A stretch of DNA of 61,000 bases, filler included, from Sluysia triapertura (Eukaryota), in the NCBI GenBank assembly GCA_046118255.1. It is 5 parts of 5 records of this genome, joined end to end, with 100 filler letters (N's around TTAATTAATTAA, not from the genome) between each part and the next. Parts side by side here need not be neighbours in the genome. Positions count along the whole stretch, not along the records: positions 37,513 to 49,860 come from JBJNIA010117417.1; positions 49,961 to 61,000 come from JBJNIA010189742.1; 3 more parts are not named here. One strand, written 5' to 3'. Below are positions 37,513 through 51,607 of the stretch, one piece after another (the first letter of the stretch is position 1; each line of letters begins with the position of its first letter). Below the pieces are notes generated by a model, which made no database searches, was not told the DNA's origin, and saw only the letters and a list, made by a program, of their open reading frames with translations. The translations under genes and the position numbers were made by a program.

Positions 37513-40500
37513 TAATTAAATTAATTAACAAATGTACTTTAATATTTTAACAGATAAAACCTTGTAAAGGCTTATTTCTTCGTATTTTTCATTATTTTAT
37601 CTTGATTTAAGTATTTTATATGCTTATCCTACTATTACAGTTCATCATAATACCTTATCTTAGTTCTTTAATAACGTTTAACTTATTCTGTTATCCTTAA
37701 CCCTTATCCTTCACTAATCCCAATATATCTCCGTTCTCCAAGAAGTCTTTGTCCCCAAGGACTATAAACAATTACATATTAATACACAAACGAGAAAAAG
37801 AAATTAAAGATGACTAAACAATCAATTTCAGTCGATCCATAGTAAATTTATATAATATAAAAGAAAATGAATTCAGTTTTGTTTATTTTAATAATTTACC
37901 ATCGCATTTTGTTACAATGTTTGATAATAATTTTAAAAAGCGCTGAAGGTTTTCATTCAAGTTAGATCTTGGCGCGTTCTTGCAATGCGATTCTACGCAC
38001 GTCTGATAAGCTACATTTCATCAGAAAAGGAAGAAAAATGCATTAACACGAAGTTTACAGAGCATTTAATATGGTCAATTGAATTATATTTACAATTTTA
38101 TTAGTTTTGTAAAGTTTATGCGTATGCAAAAACGTTTTAAAATTTAAAATTATAAATATAAAAATACGTTTATATTGCGCTTCTTAACTTTTGCATGAAC
38201 TACATCAATTCATTAATTTTATTTGTAATTTAAACCTGTATGCCATCCTGGATCACTCTAAATGAAACCATTCATTTACCATTTATTATTCATTCGCATT
38301 TATCATTTCAGTATTAACAATTACGCAAAAACGCCACTACTCACAAAATAAAATGGAGTCACTTATGTACAAGATTGGAACCAACCAGGACAATGAAATT
38401 ATCATACCTCAACCACAGCAGCTAACCACTGAGGTATCACTCGAGAGTTTGACAATTTATTTTCATTATATTCATTTGGTTGAATCCATCAAATTTGAAG
38501 TGAATGAGATTTAAATATTTAAATTAAAATTAAATTAATGTTCAAATTTAAATAGTCATTCCATTTTATAATCATATTTTTATTAATTATGATATCCTTT
38601 GATAAAATAACTCCAACATGTAAATAATCTCAATTTTTATTCTTTATCTACATAACTAAAGCATGAGAATTCTGTTGATACGAATAAAAATATACATGTA
38701 TTTTCGTACAATATACCAATTATCACAACAAATTCATCGCACTCACAGTTAACAGATAATTGTGTAATGCTTTTTACAAATCACAATATACAAGACATAC
38801 TAAATAAATTATATATTGTCAAAATATAAACATTTTAAAGAAATAACAAACAAAATACTTTCTACAAATCTTGGTTTCCATTTCATCCACGATTGTTATT
38901 ACTAAATAAAAATAAAATTCAGGCAATTTACATTAATGTCAAAACAAATAAGATGATGCTTTGAGTAAACTAAATAATGATAAAAAAATTCGATTAGAAT
39001 ATAAGTAGCACATTTTCAAAAATACAAAAAAAAATTGATCATAAATAGTGTTAACATAAATATGTAAAAAAATGTTATTAAAGGTAATATATTTTACACG
39101 GCGAACCCATTTTAATTTCTCGTTGAACGATTATTAATACGTTAAGGACGGGTGTCGTTAATTCACATTTGGAATTTCAAACGTATAAAAACTGCAATTA
39201 TGATTAATAAAAGATTACAAAGAATTGTTTTCGAAATTATCACTTAATTTATATAATTTCAACAAAACATGCGGGAATTTAGGCTCTGCGCTTTTCATCA
39301 CAAACCGTCTTCAATGTGTAAATATACATATCCTTACAAAACAAGTTTAGGTTACATTTTTAAGAATTAGATATTTGAAAATAAAATTCCCTCGATAAAG
39401 AAAATAGGATTACAAATTTTGACTTATTTGAATTTTCAAATGTTCAACTTTACAATCTCGCAAATTGACAAATGCATTAACAATGTGCAATATTAACAAT
39501 CAACTTGAGATTTTGTTTAAACTGATTAATTGTGCTAAAATAAACTCTTTCTTGTTTTCTAGTTCTTCATTAAAGTTCTACAAAGTTCTCAATGTCATAA
39601 AAAACCGTTCCGACTAATCGTTCACAATTTACAGACGCCTCAACATTTTTGGAAATATCCGCAGGATAATAATCATCCATATTCCTTCTATTTACTGGTA
39701 ATTTATATTTTTTAACGTAATCAAGTGGAAATTCATGTATTTTAAGATCATGTAAAGGCTTTTAAACGCATCGCATTAATTTTATAAACTAAATATTGAC
39801 AGTTTTACTTACATATTTACAAAATCAAGTATTAATAAATTAAATTTACGCAAAATAAGTTATATATCATTAATAAATCACAATAAACCTAAACCTACTT
39901 TAATTATTGGAAATAAAAATGTCGATACACAAATTATATTTTAATTATATAATGCGAAATTCCTTTTAATGTCGGGCAAATATTAGCTTAAATATTAGCA
40001 GTCTTCAGTGATTGGTAATATTGATAAAGTTTCTGAATCACTCCTATAAAGCGTGAAGTAATTATTAATAAGAATCGAAGCAATGGTCCGACAGGAGATT
40101 CGAGACAGAACGTGTAAGTCCGTACAAGAGTTTGTATTCAAATATTATGTTGACTCTACATTAGAAACTGGTCCTGTTATTTTTGCTTTACGTTTTATTA
40201 CAAGGAATTTTTGGTGTAAATGATCGAATTCTTGCTTACCCTTGCGTTTTACTTGGAGTAGATCGGGTCCGAATTAATATTTTACAGAATACACGTACAG
40301 GATGGGAGTCGAAATAAATTCTCCGCAATTGAAAAATACTCGGCTCTAAGAACAAAATTCATCTAACATGGCAATAAGAACACGATCCTTTTACAATATA
40401 CATTCGGGCATTAAGGAATATATTTATGGGAATATCATTAAAATTAAGACCATCATATTTTACTGCATGAATCACAATCATATGGTGTTACGTCGAAAAT

Positions 40501-40749
40501 AACGTAGTTAAAAGTAAAATTTGACAAAATCCACTCAGTTCGAATAACATTAAATTCAAAACTCATACTTAAACCATTACATAAACCAAATCATAAATCT
40601 ATTACATTGCAAAATTAGAAAACTCTAATAACGAGATTCTTAGACTGGCATATTTGGATCATGTGTCAGTATGATATAAAATTATTGTCATCGCATTCTT
40701 ATTTTCTTATACAAATTGTTTTTTATTTTAGAAATAACAATTATAATAC

Positions 40750-43700
40750 TTACAGTTCATCATAACCACTGTCAATTTTGCGTTTGACACCAGTTAAATT
40801 ATGCATTACATTGCTTGATGTAGAGATCGATTGTCGGTTATCACTAACGGAAGATGTGTTGTTAGAAACCATAGAAGTATAAGATGTTGTTGAAGGCGGT
40901 CCTTGTACAATCCCTACTGGATTGTTTTCCTGCAGCCATCTAACTTGAGTAGCTGGTCCGTAGCCCAAATCATTTCGTGCCGCAATTCGGAAAATGACAG
41001 CTGGTTTTTGTGCATTATCCATATGAGCTGAAGCAAGATAATGACCGCTTACAATAGCTTTAGGTTCCGGGCCACAATATACTCGAACAAATGTAAAGCC
41101 TTTATTATTACCGCTTTGATTAGTATTTGAAGGATTAGTGCTTTTTACCGCCAAATATATAGAATATTCTATAATATTATTGCAATTATGAGGTGGCTCC
41201 CAACTCAACTGAGCACCATTCCTAACTTTCACAACTTTTATTGCACATGGAGCACCTGGAAAACCAGGAAGACTTGTTTTGAATGCACCTTCCTCAGACC
41301 ATGGACCACGACCGCATTTATTGACTGCTGCTACACGAACTTTATAAGCTGTACCTGGTGTTAGAGATACTTTCAATGTTTCAGATTCTTGGGAATTTAA
41401 CAACTAGAATAAAATAAATTGTTATTAAAGACTAAATTCATTGTGGGGACCCAAACCCTTAACGACGATCTTATTACATAAGTGCAACATATTACTTCAC
41501 GTCACATATCACATGATACAGAAAGCAATAACTAATGATTGTATTTATCATTAAAGAAAAATAAAAAGGAATTTTTGTAAAATTTTTAAGTTTTTGTCAT
41601 TTTAACTATTACCATTATTTTTTATTACTATTTCTTTACTTCTGTTTTAAATAAATATCTCTTTTTATGCTAATTTTACGCAATTTATGTTTAGTTTTAA
41701 AATTTATGTTTAAAATTAATTGTTACGAAAATAAGTTATGGAAATTGAATTTATAAATTCCAATGAACAAATTTTTTGAAAACATTCATAAAACTCAAGA
41801 TATACTATTACTCTTTTATCTTTCATACGGAAAGGGACTCATTCCCTAAAAATATTCTTGTGCATGAAGTATATTTTGAGAATTAGTAATCCACTAAAAG
41901 ATCCTTTTCAATTATTTATTATTTAAATATCATCACTATTTAATTATATCCGGACTAAGCCTCTAACCAGTAAAGCCTCTAAATGAAAGCTTTACTGGTA
42001 TATTTCCTTATCAGTTAGATAAAGATGTTTATAGGTCTCAAAATTCCGATGTTTTCAAACAAAGATAATACGCTCTTGAATATGTACTTGTAATTGGAGG
42101 CTTCTCTTACGATGATAGAAACGAAATGATTATGAAAAATACTATCCAATTAGATGTTAAGAAAATTCAGAACTAATAGCCAAAACATATATAATATTTC
42201 AATTAAAATTTTTCTTGGTTCTATTTTTACTATTTTCAACGTATAGATATTGCAGGCGTAAATCACAAGAATAATAAGAATAAATGGCCCTAAGCTACCT
42301 ATTCAATATTCAAAGAACCTTAAGTATTACGTTTCTAAATTCGATAAGGTTTAATATTATGAATTTAAAAATTGATTTAAAAATTGATAGATTAAGCAAC
42401 AGTAAAAGCCCTCAAATAACAAAACTCATTGTTACAAATAACATACATTTTATATTTATTAATTTATCTAAAAAAATTTAACATTACTAAACCCGAGTTA
42501 TCAATACTTGATTAATTCATAAATGTCATTCAGGAAATAATATCACGAAACGAAAACTATCTTACGTGTTTTGTAAAATAAATCTTTTGATTGCTTTAAC
42601 TTTTATTAACTTCTGCTGGATAATTTTAGAAAGTTGCATTAAGGAGTTTCGAAGTTTCGATTTAAAAATAAACTTCGTGAAATGTTTCAAATTTCTTGCT
42701 TAATTTCACTTTTCATCCTTTTCTCTAACTTGGAAACTAAAATTTTATAGTAATGAATTATATTCTAATTCATTATACTTAGATAACAGCTATTTGAAAA
42801 GTTTGCATTAATTTTTGCCCATATATACTAATTATTTATATACTTAGAAATAATTTAAAACTTACACTTAAATTAGGTGTACCAGTCGTATTTGGTATGG
42901 ACATATAAGACTTTATAGTAAATTTTGGTGTAGTAGTTATTAAAGCGTCAAACCAAATTATGTCGTCAGATTTCTTATCTTCTACTTTACAATTGCCATT
43001 TACAATAGCATTTATTTGCGTAGCTGTTCCGGTAGTGTTAGCTGTTGTAGTTGTATTAGACAGCTCATTGATCTTATTGATGTCAGAAACTGATAGCGAG
43101 ACTTTTGTCTCAGCTAATTTTTGTTCTTCACGTCGACTTGTAGCAACTGCTGCTAATGTTTCTAATGGATCATGACTAGTCTTTTGTTGATTTGTTGAAA
43201 CTCTTTCATTTGTATTATCATTAGCCAATAATTCAGCTGCAGCCACTTTAGCTAAACTGGACATATCCTCTGCTTGATTATCGGTTTGATTAAAATCTTC
43301 ACTATCACTTCCACTAGCTGCTCCATCATACTGATCAGGTAGATGCTGTATCCGAGTTATTTGATCTGAACTAACCATTCGTATATTTGGAGGATTTGAG
43401 GTTTGATTTTGAGATACAATAAGACGTTGGGGTTGACGATTTGGTGGCATAACCACAGTTTTAAGTACTTTTGGTTGAGATATAGGTCCAGAGCCTACAC
43501 TAGTTGATTGGTTTAATATTGTTACTGGTTTACCTTGCACTAATCGAAGGGTTGATGAAGGCTTGACGACAGTTACTGACTGGCCAGAACCTTGATTAAG
43601 ATTAATTACTTGAGGTCTTACCGGCACTTTCTGAACAGTGTTGCTAGACAATCGAATTATTGATCCTGGTGCAGTGGATGAAGTTACTGTACCTGTTCCA

Positions 43701-44274
43701 CTAGAAGCAACATTAAAACGAACTGTGGATGTTGTAGGATGATCAATGTGAGAAAGTCTTAGAACTTTTTGTTGTGGTGCTGCATTACTTTCCGAGCTAT
43801 CCACCGATGCGGCTTCATGAGAATCCGTACATTTTAAAAATGAACTTTGAGGTTCTGGCTGTTGTGATTGTTGAGATTGTTGAGAAGCAGCTATTGCGGC
43901 AGCCATTACAGATGCTTGTTGCTGTGTATGAGGCAAAAGATATATACGAATCTGTACCATATAATAATCAGCAGTAGCTACTGGCTGGCAAGATAACTCT
44001 AAGCATTCATCATGAGCTCGTTCTAATTGAATTTTACTAGGTGCAGGAGGTAAGGATGTTTCCAAATACCATAAGTCTTTAAAGCATACCTAATTAAATG
44101 TACATGATCAATCATACATAAAGTTTTCACAGCTGAAACATTATTTTGTTTTGAATAATTTGATATCAATGAGCTATTTCATAAAAGTAGCACATAACTT
44201 TAGTGTTTGTCAAAAGTTATATCAATCGTTTTAATATTATGAAGAATATGCATTATTTTTATTAAAATAATAAT

Positions 44275-44323
<49 letters not shown>

Positions 44324-47300
44324 AAATATAAATTATTTCAATAAAACACTTAAAAGAAAATTAAAATAGTACAAGAATAAAGAATCGAGTTTACGACACT
44401 TAATTATCTAGGAGAGCTACAAATCGAACAGAAACATCTTAATACAAAAATATAAACAAGCGCTAATAAGCAGATCGCGCGTAAGTATAACTATAGAATA
44501 GAATAAACTAAATAACAAAACTAAATAATATAACTATATAACCAAAGTTATAGAGAATTATATTCTATATCATTAGACATAATACAAAAATGCATGGAAT
44601 AAGATTACATATATACTCTAATTATGAAACATAATTTAACAGAAAAGTATAATAATTATAAGAAATTGATTATGGATAAATTATTGTACAACAGAATTGA
44701 GAAAATTTTTGGCAGTGTAATATTAGGAAGGAATACTATCAAGTATTTTTCACTGTAAAACCAAACAAAATATATAAAGATATTGTGGGAAAATATTGTG
44801 TGGCATTATCCTGAAATTAAAATACTCTTTGAATTAATTTATAATAATGTATATAATATTTTTGTTACAATTATATAACTTTTGGATTATAGAAAATTAA
44901 CTGTAGAATGAAATTAATTACGGAAAATATATTAAAAAATAAAATTAGAAAATTAATTAGTCATATTCTAACATAAAAAGGAATAGACCAAAACTTTATT
45001 TAAACTACAACCGAACACTACGGTATTTTATAACTGATTACTGAAAGTTGCTATTTGTGGAGATTTTAAAAAATAACTTCCATAAATTTGCTAATTATTG
45101 TAACTGAAAAATGTTGTTTGGGAATTTGAAAATTCAGAAATTTTGCAAATCATGATGTACATTTTAAGTGGAGTATCTAAATTGCAAATAAAATTTTGAT
45201 AATTAAAAATAGAGTTATCTCCCCCTTACTAGTTTTATTTAGATAATTAGACAGTCTTTATCTAATCTTGCTTTTGGAGAACTGAAACTGTAAAGTTAAA
45301 AATATTTTGTACAAGATTGGAATTGTGGTGATTCAAAACCCTATTTCTTCACTTTAAACACACTAATACAAATTTTAAACGTATTGCGCAAATCACTAAT
45401 TCACTCACTCTTGACAGTTTCAATAATTTTTCTTAAATGAAAAATTTCTAAGTTAAATCAATTATAAAAATTTAATTTTTTAATTCATTAAATATTTTAT
45501 CACCTTTATTTAAAATTTTTAAAAAATGTCCGAGTTAGCTTCAAAAACTTGCTCATCAATTGACGAAAATTTGTCACTGCTGAAGGGTTAAATGCAATTT
45601 CGAAATGAAAGAAAATACACTTTGTTCCTGCATTTTTACCTATTATGTACCTTAGATTATTGGAAAAACACTCCTACAGTAGTAATACAAAATATTGTAA
45701 AGTACCTATCCTTTTGATATTGACTACCAATCTCACTAACTGTATTGCTGAATCAATGGACATATCAAGCTGTGAATTATTAGATGTATAATTAAAAAAA
45801 GTGCCTTTATAATCTACCGATGCATTTATAATGTACCAAAAGTTTAAAATGTATGTTGCTCTAATGCTGTGTATAAAATTAGATAAAGATTTATCATATT
45901 TACTGAAATGTTATATAAAAAAATATTTGCTGAAATAATGTTGTATATTATATGCTGACATTAAATTATGATTAATATTAATACATTTGCTGAAATAATA
46001 TGATGTATTATGTGATATTAAATTATTAAAATAAATGAATATTATAGAAAGAATTAACAGTATGACTATAAATAAAGCAATGGTGGACTAAATATTTAGT
46101 AGTTTATTATTGAAGAGAGAATTAAAAAGCCCATACTAGTTTTTAATATTAAATATTAGTTGTTGATTAGAATCATTTTGTGCAGCTCATCCAGTTTTTT
46201 CATAGTGAACATTAGTTACTAATTTGAATTATTGTGGTTTGACAGAATATTAGCTGTTAATTTAAATTAATTATTGATCCAAACAATTTGGTGGTTGACT
46301 CCTTGGTCAAACATTGGTTACTGATCCAATAACAGTTTCTGACTTTTGATATTTATTGTTTATTCTGTTGAACGATTATGTTCTACAATAAAGTACGTTT
46401 TTATTTCAGCAAATTTAAAATTAATACTCAAACTAAAAATAAATTTAAATTAAGGTAATTATGTCTATCTAACATTTATTGTAATTCAGTTAACATTTTA
46501 TAATGTGATACTAATAAAATTTTATTGAAGATTAATACCTTAATTTTTTATGAGAATTGAGAAATATAAACCGATTAAAAACTATAGATTAAAAAAATTT
46601 ATTAAAAAAGGATCTTAAAGTTTTAGCAAAAAGATTGTTGGAACCAATTCCAGTTTTAATATTACTAACTGGTGTTAGTTTAGTAGAGTATTGTTAAAAG
46701 TATGATTGATGAGCTTTAGTTTAATTTATACTTATTCCTTTCTTATTAAATTAACTTGCCCATTTAATGTTACACAAATTTTTTTGCCAAGCCTTAAGCC
46801 CGTTTTAAAAAAATAAAAAATTAAAACAAAAATAACAAATAAATTTATCGAAGAAGCTCTAATAAAAGATATCAGAAATTGAGGTAAATAAATTAAATTT
46901 AGAGATTATAAATTACGAATGCACTACTAAAGATAAGAGTTAGAAGCAGTAAAATAAGAATTGAAGTTTACTAATAAATTCACTAGCGAACCTAAAGACG
47001 AATAAAATTACAATCAAACAAATACTTAACATAATTACAAAAATTTAATAACAAAATTTTGTAATTTTGACTGCACAGAACCATCACAATTTCTAAGTAT
47101 TTGAAGTACTTCACGAAGTTTTCAAATAGCTTCTCAAAACATCAAGTCTTTTCAGTAAGCTCGCAACCTAAAGCATGAAGAAAAATTGTAATAATTATTT
47201 CAGACTTTAAATGTGGTTGACATGTTATTTATAAATCACAAACACGATCTTTTTCAAAATTTGCAAAGTATATTCTTAGGAGATTGATTAGTTTTGTACT

Positions 47301-48552
47301 AGATGAATTGATAAAATATTAAGCATAAAACAAGGTTAAACTAGAGGCAACTGTTTCATTTTGATTAAGTTTTAAGGTTTATAAGCAATAGAAATTTGGT
47401 GTGGCTCAGTTTGGTTAAACGGAAAAGAAATAAGTGCACATTTCTCATGTTTAATTTCAAAACAATATTTTTTGCACTTGCATTGTCCATGTAGACAGGT
47501 ATTGTCTGGTTTGCCGATTCTAGAACACGTAACATGTGAGAAGCAATCCATATCTTGACTAAACTGAATAATTCTAAGGATTGGCTTGAGCTTTGTTGGT
47601 AACTACAAATGCCAATCGAATGAAGGCATTCTCACCTTTGAAAGGTCCTGACAATATTCTTGCTTCTTACTGCAAGCCGCGTGCCACTACCCAACTTTGG
47701 TTGGTTAAAATTTCGCAACATTACTGGCACGCCGATTTTCAAATGCAATTCGTGAGATATCATTGGCAGACCCAATAAATTCAAAAATTCTGTTCGACAA
47801 CTAACATCTTCACTGTCGACAGGCTAATGTGATTTTCTCGCTCTGAATGTATGACTATTAAGTTCGTAGGCCACAATAATAACAAATCGTGATTCTTATA
47901 ATTGGTTTGAATATTGGGAAATGATATTTTAACTAATTCTTCTTTAGACGTCATAAAAAGCAGAATATATGAACAATGAAATTCGTCGTTCCCAATTTTC
48001 AGTAATTGATGAGAATATTTCATGTAATTGATCGCTTTGCAACTGGACGCATGTACTTATAGTTAAAAACATTTTTAAAGCAAAATTTCAAAGCATTCGA
48101 TGAAGAACTTTCGGATTTTTATTTATATAGATGTCCATTCATAATGAATCCTTGATTCAATTAAATTAAAATAAACATTTTGTTTGTAATTATTTGTAAT
48201 AAGAGTATTATAAAATCATTAATGAATATTGAATATTAACTGCACCATAATTAATAAGTTCAATCACTGTTAAATTAAATAAGAAAATTACTGTAATATT
48301 ACTTGATTATTCCACGCTTTTCTGTATCCGTCTCGACCCGACCATATGTAAATTCTTGATGATACAGCAACTGCACAATGACCAGCTCTTGGACGTGGTA
48401 CTTCATTTTCATCAGCATCTTCACACACTCGTTCCCATGCCATTGTCTCTAAATCTAATCTGTGGACAGAATTTGTACATTTCCATTCTTTTTCTTGATT
48501 TACTTTTGTTTCATCAATCACTAGTGGCACCCATCCTCCAAATATATACATC
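40750..48552 (-). CDS. HCFC1: Host cell factor 1-like, 3' three exons (48303-48552, 42866-44089, 40750-41403)
   Basis: Kelch end [11 protein letters not shown]...EKEWKCTN...[30 protein letters not shown]|[11 protein letters not shown], split FN3 PPAPSKIQL..., and [37 protein letters not shown]...FVRVYCG...[26 protein letters not shown], with a basic C-terminal KRK. Phase-0 GT-AG junctions. Upstream Kelch exons are not in this contig. Confidence 0.95.
44278..44319. repeat. (AAT)n microsatellite
   Basis: Direct reading. Confidence 0.95.
45561..45591. mobile_element. piggyBac-like terminal end in HCF1 intron
   Basis: Near-palindrome TGACGAAAATTTGTCA followed by CTGCTGAAGGG-TTAA. Confidence 0.45.
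47400..48060 (-). mobile_element. Helitron PIF1-like helicase C-terminal remnant in HCF1 intron
   Basis: Minus frames: [105 protein letters not shown]. These are all characteristic of the Helitron RepHel helicase end; heavily deleted. Confidence 0.88.
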
Positions 48553-49860
48553 CTAAATTATGGACTTTAATTAAACCTGTATATTTAATAAAATTAGAAA
48601 TATAGTTACCGTAATAACCAATACTAAATAATTGTAATTAGCGATGAAATTAAATGTAAAAAAAATTGCAATATTTTTATTTGTGAACAAACCACGTATG
48701 TTTAATAACTGCTGGATAATTGGGATGTACTTTTATAATTGACATGACAGACAATAAAAGCATATATCTTAAATTATGTTTATAAGTGACATCATATTAG
48801 TAGAACGTCCGTTTAAGCATTGGGAATAAATACTAAATCAAATAATGTCTAAGTACATTATATACATTATATTGCTGATATTCTCGAAAAATCCACTATA
48901 AAGAGAGTGATTATATTTTCTAAAATACTTTTAAATATGGTTTGCAAAATTTAGGATTTAACATGAAAATTTCTCCCTTGTCACAAATATAAACGAGTTT
49001 ATCGATATTGATGATAGTCCAGTTTGTGATTCGTTGATTAATTTATGCATGCAACATAGTTTAACTTAAAACAACTTCTCATGATAATTTAGATTTATTA
49101 TCATATAAATTTTTATTCCTTTCATCATTAATGTCAGATACAATTCTGAATATTAAATCTAAATTATCATGATAAGTTTCTAAATTCATATTAGTATCCG
49201 TTAATCGTAGATTTGATTCCTTAAAATGACTTGCAATGCGGAAATAACAGATTTAAATTTGATATAATCAATTTTTGTGATTAAGTTGTAGTTACTTCAC
49301 AGATAAATTCTTATCATCTTCTGTTATAATTTCAAAATCAATATTCATCATAATCAATAGCAAAAAAATTCCAAAAAGTGACCTAATCATACCAGCGAAG
49401 TTAGAATGGCATATTTAGTCAATTCAAACGCAAAGATTATTATTCAGCAATGACAATGGTTGCGATGATGTATAATGATTAGAATGACAATTTATGATTA
49501 ATATTATTTAACATTAAATGGTAATTATCATCATCATTATTATTAAAATAGTAATGATAAAATTTTTAATACAAATCGAAGATAATTATACATTCATAAT
49601 ACAATTTTGAAAATAATACAAAAATAAGATAATCTTCATAAGAATACCTATAATGTAATATTAGCAATAAATTGCCTTATTATTATTATTATTAAGTTTT
49701 ATTATCAAGCTTCGATAATTCATTTAATATTGTGTTTACTTGAGATTATATATTTTATCTAGATGTCCTTATATTATGAGTGAAATATTTTAAGCGTGTT
49801 TTGAGTTAAATCTGTTATGATAGTTTGTTTCATCTTAAGAGTTTGAAAGTGCACTTCAAT

Positions 49861-49960
49861 NNNNNNNNNNNNNNNNNNNNNNNNNNNNNNNNNNNNNNNN
49901 NNNNTTAATTAATTAANNNNNNNNNNNNNNNNNNNNNNNNNNNNNNNNNNNNNNNNNNNN
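49861..49960. other. Artificial contig spacer
   Basis: 44 N + TTAATTAATTAA + 44 N. Confidence 0.97.
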
Positions 49961-50187
49961 TAATATACTAAAATTACAATAATTTATTATTAATGTTACT
50001 TTTATTTCGCTGTGATCACCTTCTCCAACTGCATCAACATTGTGTAAATTTGTATTTCTAATACGGTTAAATTTGAATTTTTTTTGTCACATCCAAAAAT
50101 ATTTGCAACAAATGTATGTAAGAATGGATGTTAGGCGCTTAAAACAAAATTTAATGGCAGTATTAAAAAGGTAATGATACAGTAAAA

Positions 50188-50517
50188 ATGTGCAACCAAT
50201 CTTCCACAGATGCAAATAGTAATAATACACAAGATAGAAATTTAATTGTTGAAGCACAAATAACACCAGATGATACTATAACTAAAAAAACCAAGTATAA
50301 ACCAAAATCTTGTCATGCTGATGTTTATGATACATTGTTTACTTTACAAAGTCTTAACAGTCCTTTCGACTCAGGTTTAAGATTCGGATATTTTGTACAA
50401 TTTGGAAATGATGGTAGCGGTCAAACAAATGGAAACAATACAACAGTCAATCAGAATTTTTGTACAAAAACAGAGGATAATAAAAATTTTACGTACGTTA
50501 ATTTCGACAAGTGTTAG
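50188..50517 (+). CDS. Possible exon of an unidentified gene
   Basis: 109-codon ORF with balanced composition unlike the AT-noise ORFs; no domain recognised. Confidence 0.25.
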   Translation: MCNQSSTDANSNNTQDRNLIVEAQITPDDTITKKTKYKPKSCHADVYDTLFTLQSLNSPFDSGLRFGYFVQFGNDGSGQTNGNNTTVNQNFCTKTEDNKNFTYVNFDKC

Positions 50518-51607
50518 TGACTCTAGTTACGCACAAATAACTTTAATGATCATTTATTTTGATATTTGTTTTTATTACATTGATTTTACATTGTCTTACC
50601 AATTGTTAATTTAAACAAGCATGAGGTCTAACATCTTCTGATCTGGTACTTCAGGAGTGCCGACTCTAACTTTTGAAATGTATTATTATCAGAAAAGAAA
50701 TTAATACAGTATCATGACAGAATATTGTTCATAATAATAATAATTATTATTTTTACTGTTTTATATGAAAATATAATATAACATAAATTTTCCATTATTT
50801 TCTCATCTATTTGTTTTATATTTTATTTATCGTCCACTAAATTGCTGTTTGTTTAAGATGTCTTTGTTAAATATGTTAAATAATAACATCTACTAAATAG
50901 AATATAAGTATATGTATATTGTAATTCACAGAGTGTATTTCTATCGACTTTGCATTGTAATAAAATTAATTAAATAAAAATTAATAAAATAATGAAAATT
51001 ATGAATAAAACTATTTCAAGTACTTCTGGTAGCATACATAATAATATGTGTTTATGTGTATAATTTATTTGTTTTCGTTTAATAGTAATAGCCCTATGCT
51101 TAATAAATAAAATCCATTTTTGAGTTTTATTTTTGTGCAATTAATTTTATTTATTTTTATATCATACTTTTACTTAATGTCATATTAATCCTTATACATA
51201 ACCAGAAGTATTAATTATTGCACTTAAAAGTCGTTTAATCCTTATTATTATTATTTTATTATTAATTTTTATTAATTTGATTATTAGTATTATTATTTTA
51301 TTATTAATTTTAGTCATCATTATTATGTATTACTATATTATTATTAATTTTATTATTATTTGTTTATTAGTATTATTATTTCATTATTATTTTTATTATT
51401 ATTTGTTTCAATATTTGCCAAATATTAATTTTTTCAAAAACTTTTAAAATTATGTACTGTTATACAAAGAAAGGTTTTAAATTACCATTTACGAATTTGA
51501 GAAACCATCCTGTGAACAGCATATGGACCAATATTCTGCTACTCTGTGGTAATAAAGTCGATGGTGTTAGTTTTATCGATGGAAAAGCATCGAAAGTGCT
51601 GGAAAAT

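Noticed and set aside
44600-46900. Scattered LINE-like traces (AICGDF; ORF1-like C-terminus) in the HCF1 intron
   Set aside because: Only isolated short motifs; boundaries and family cannot be supported by eye.
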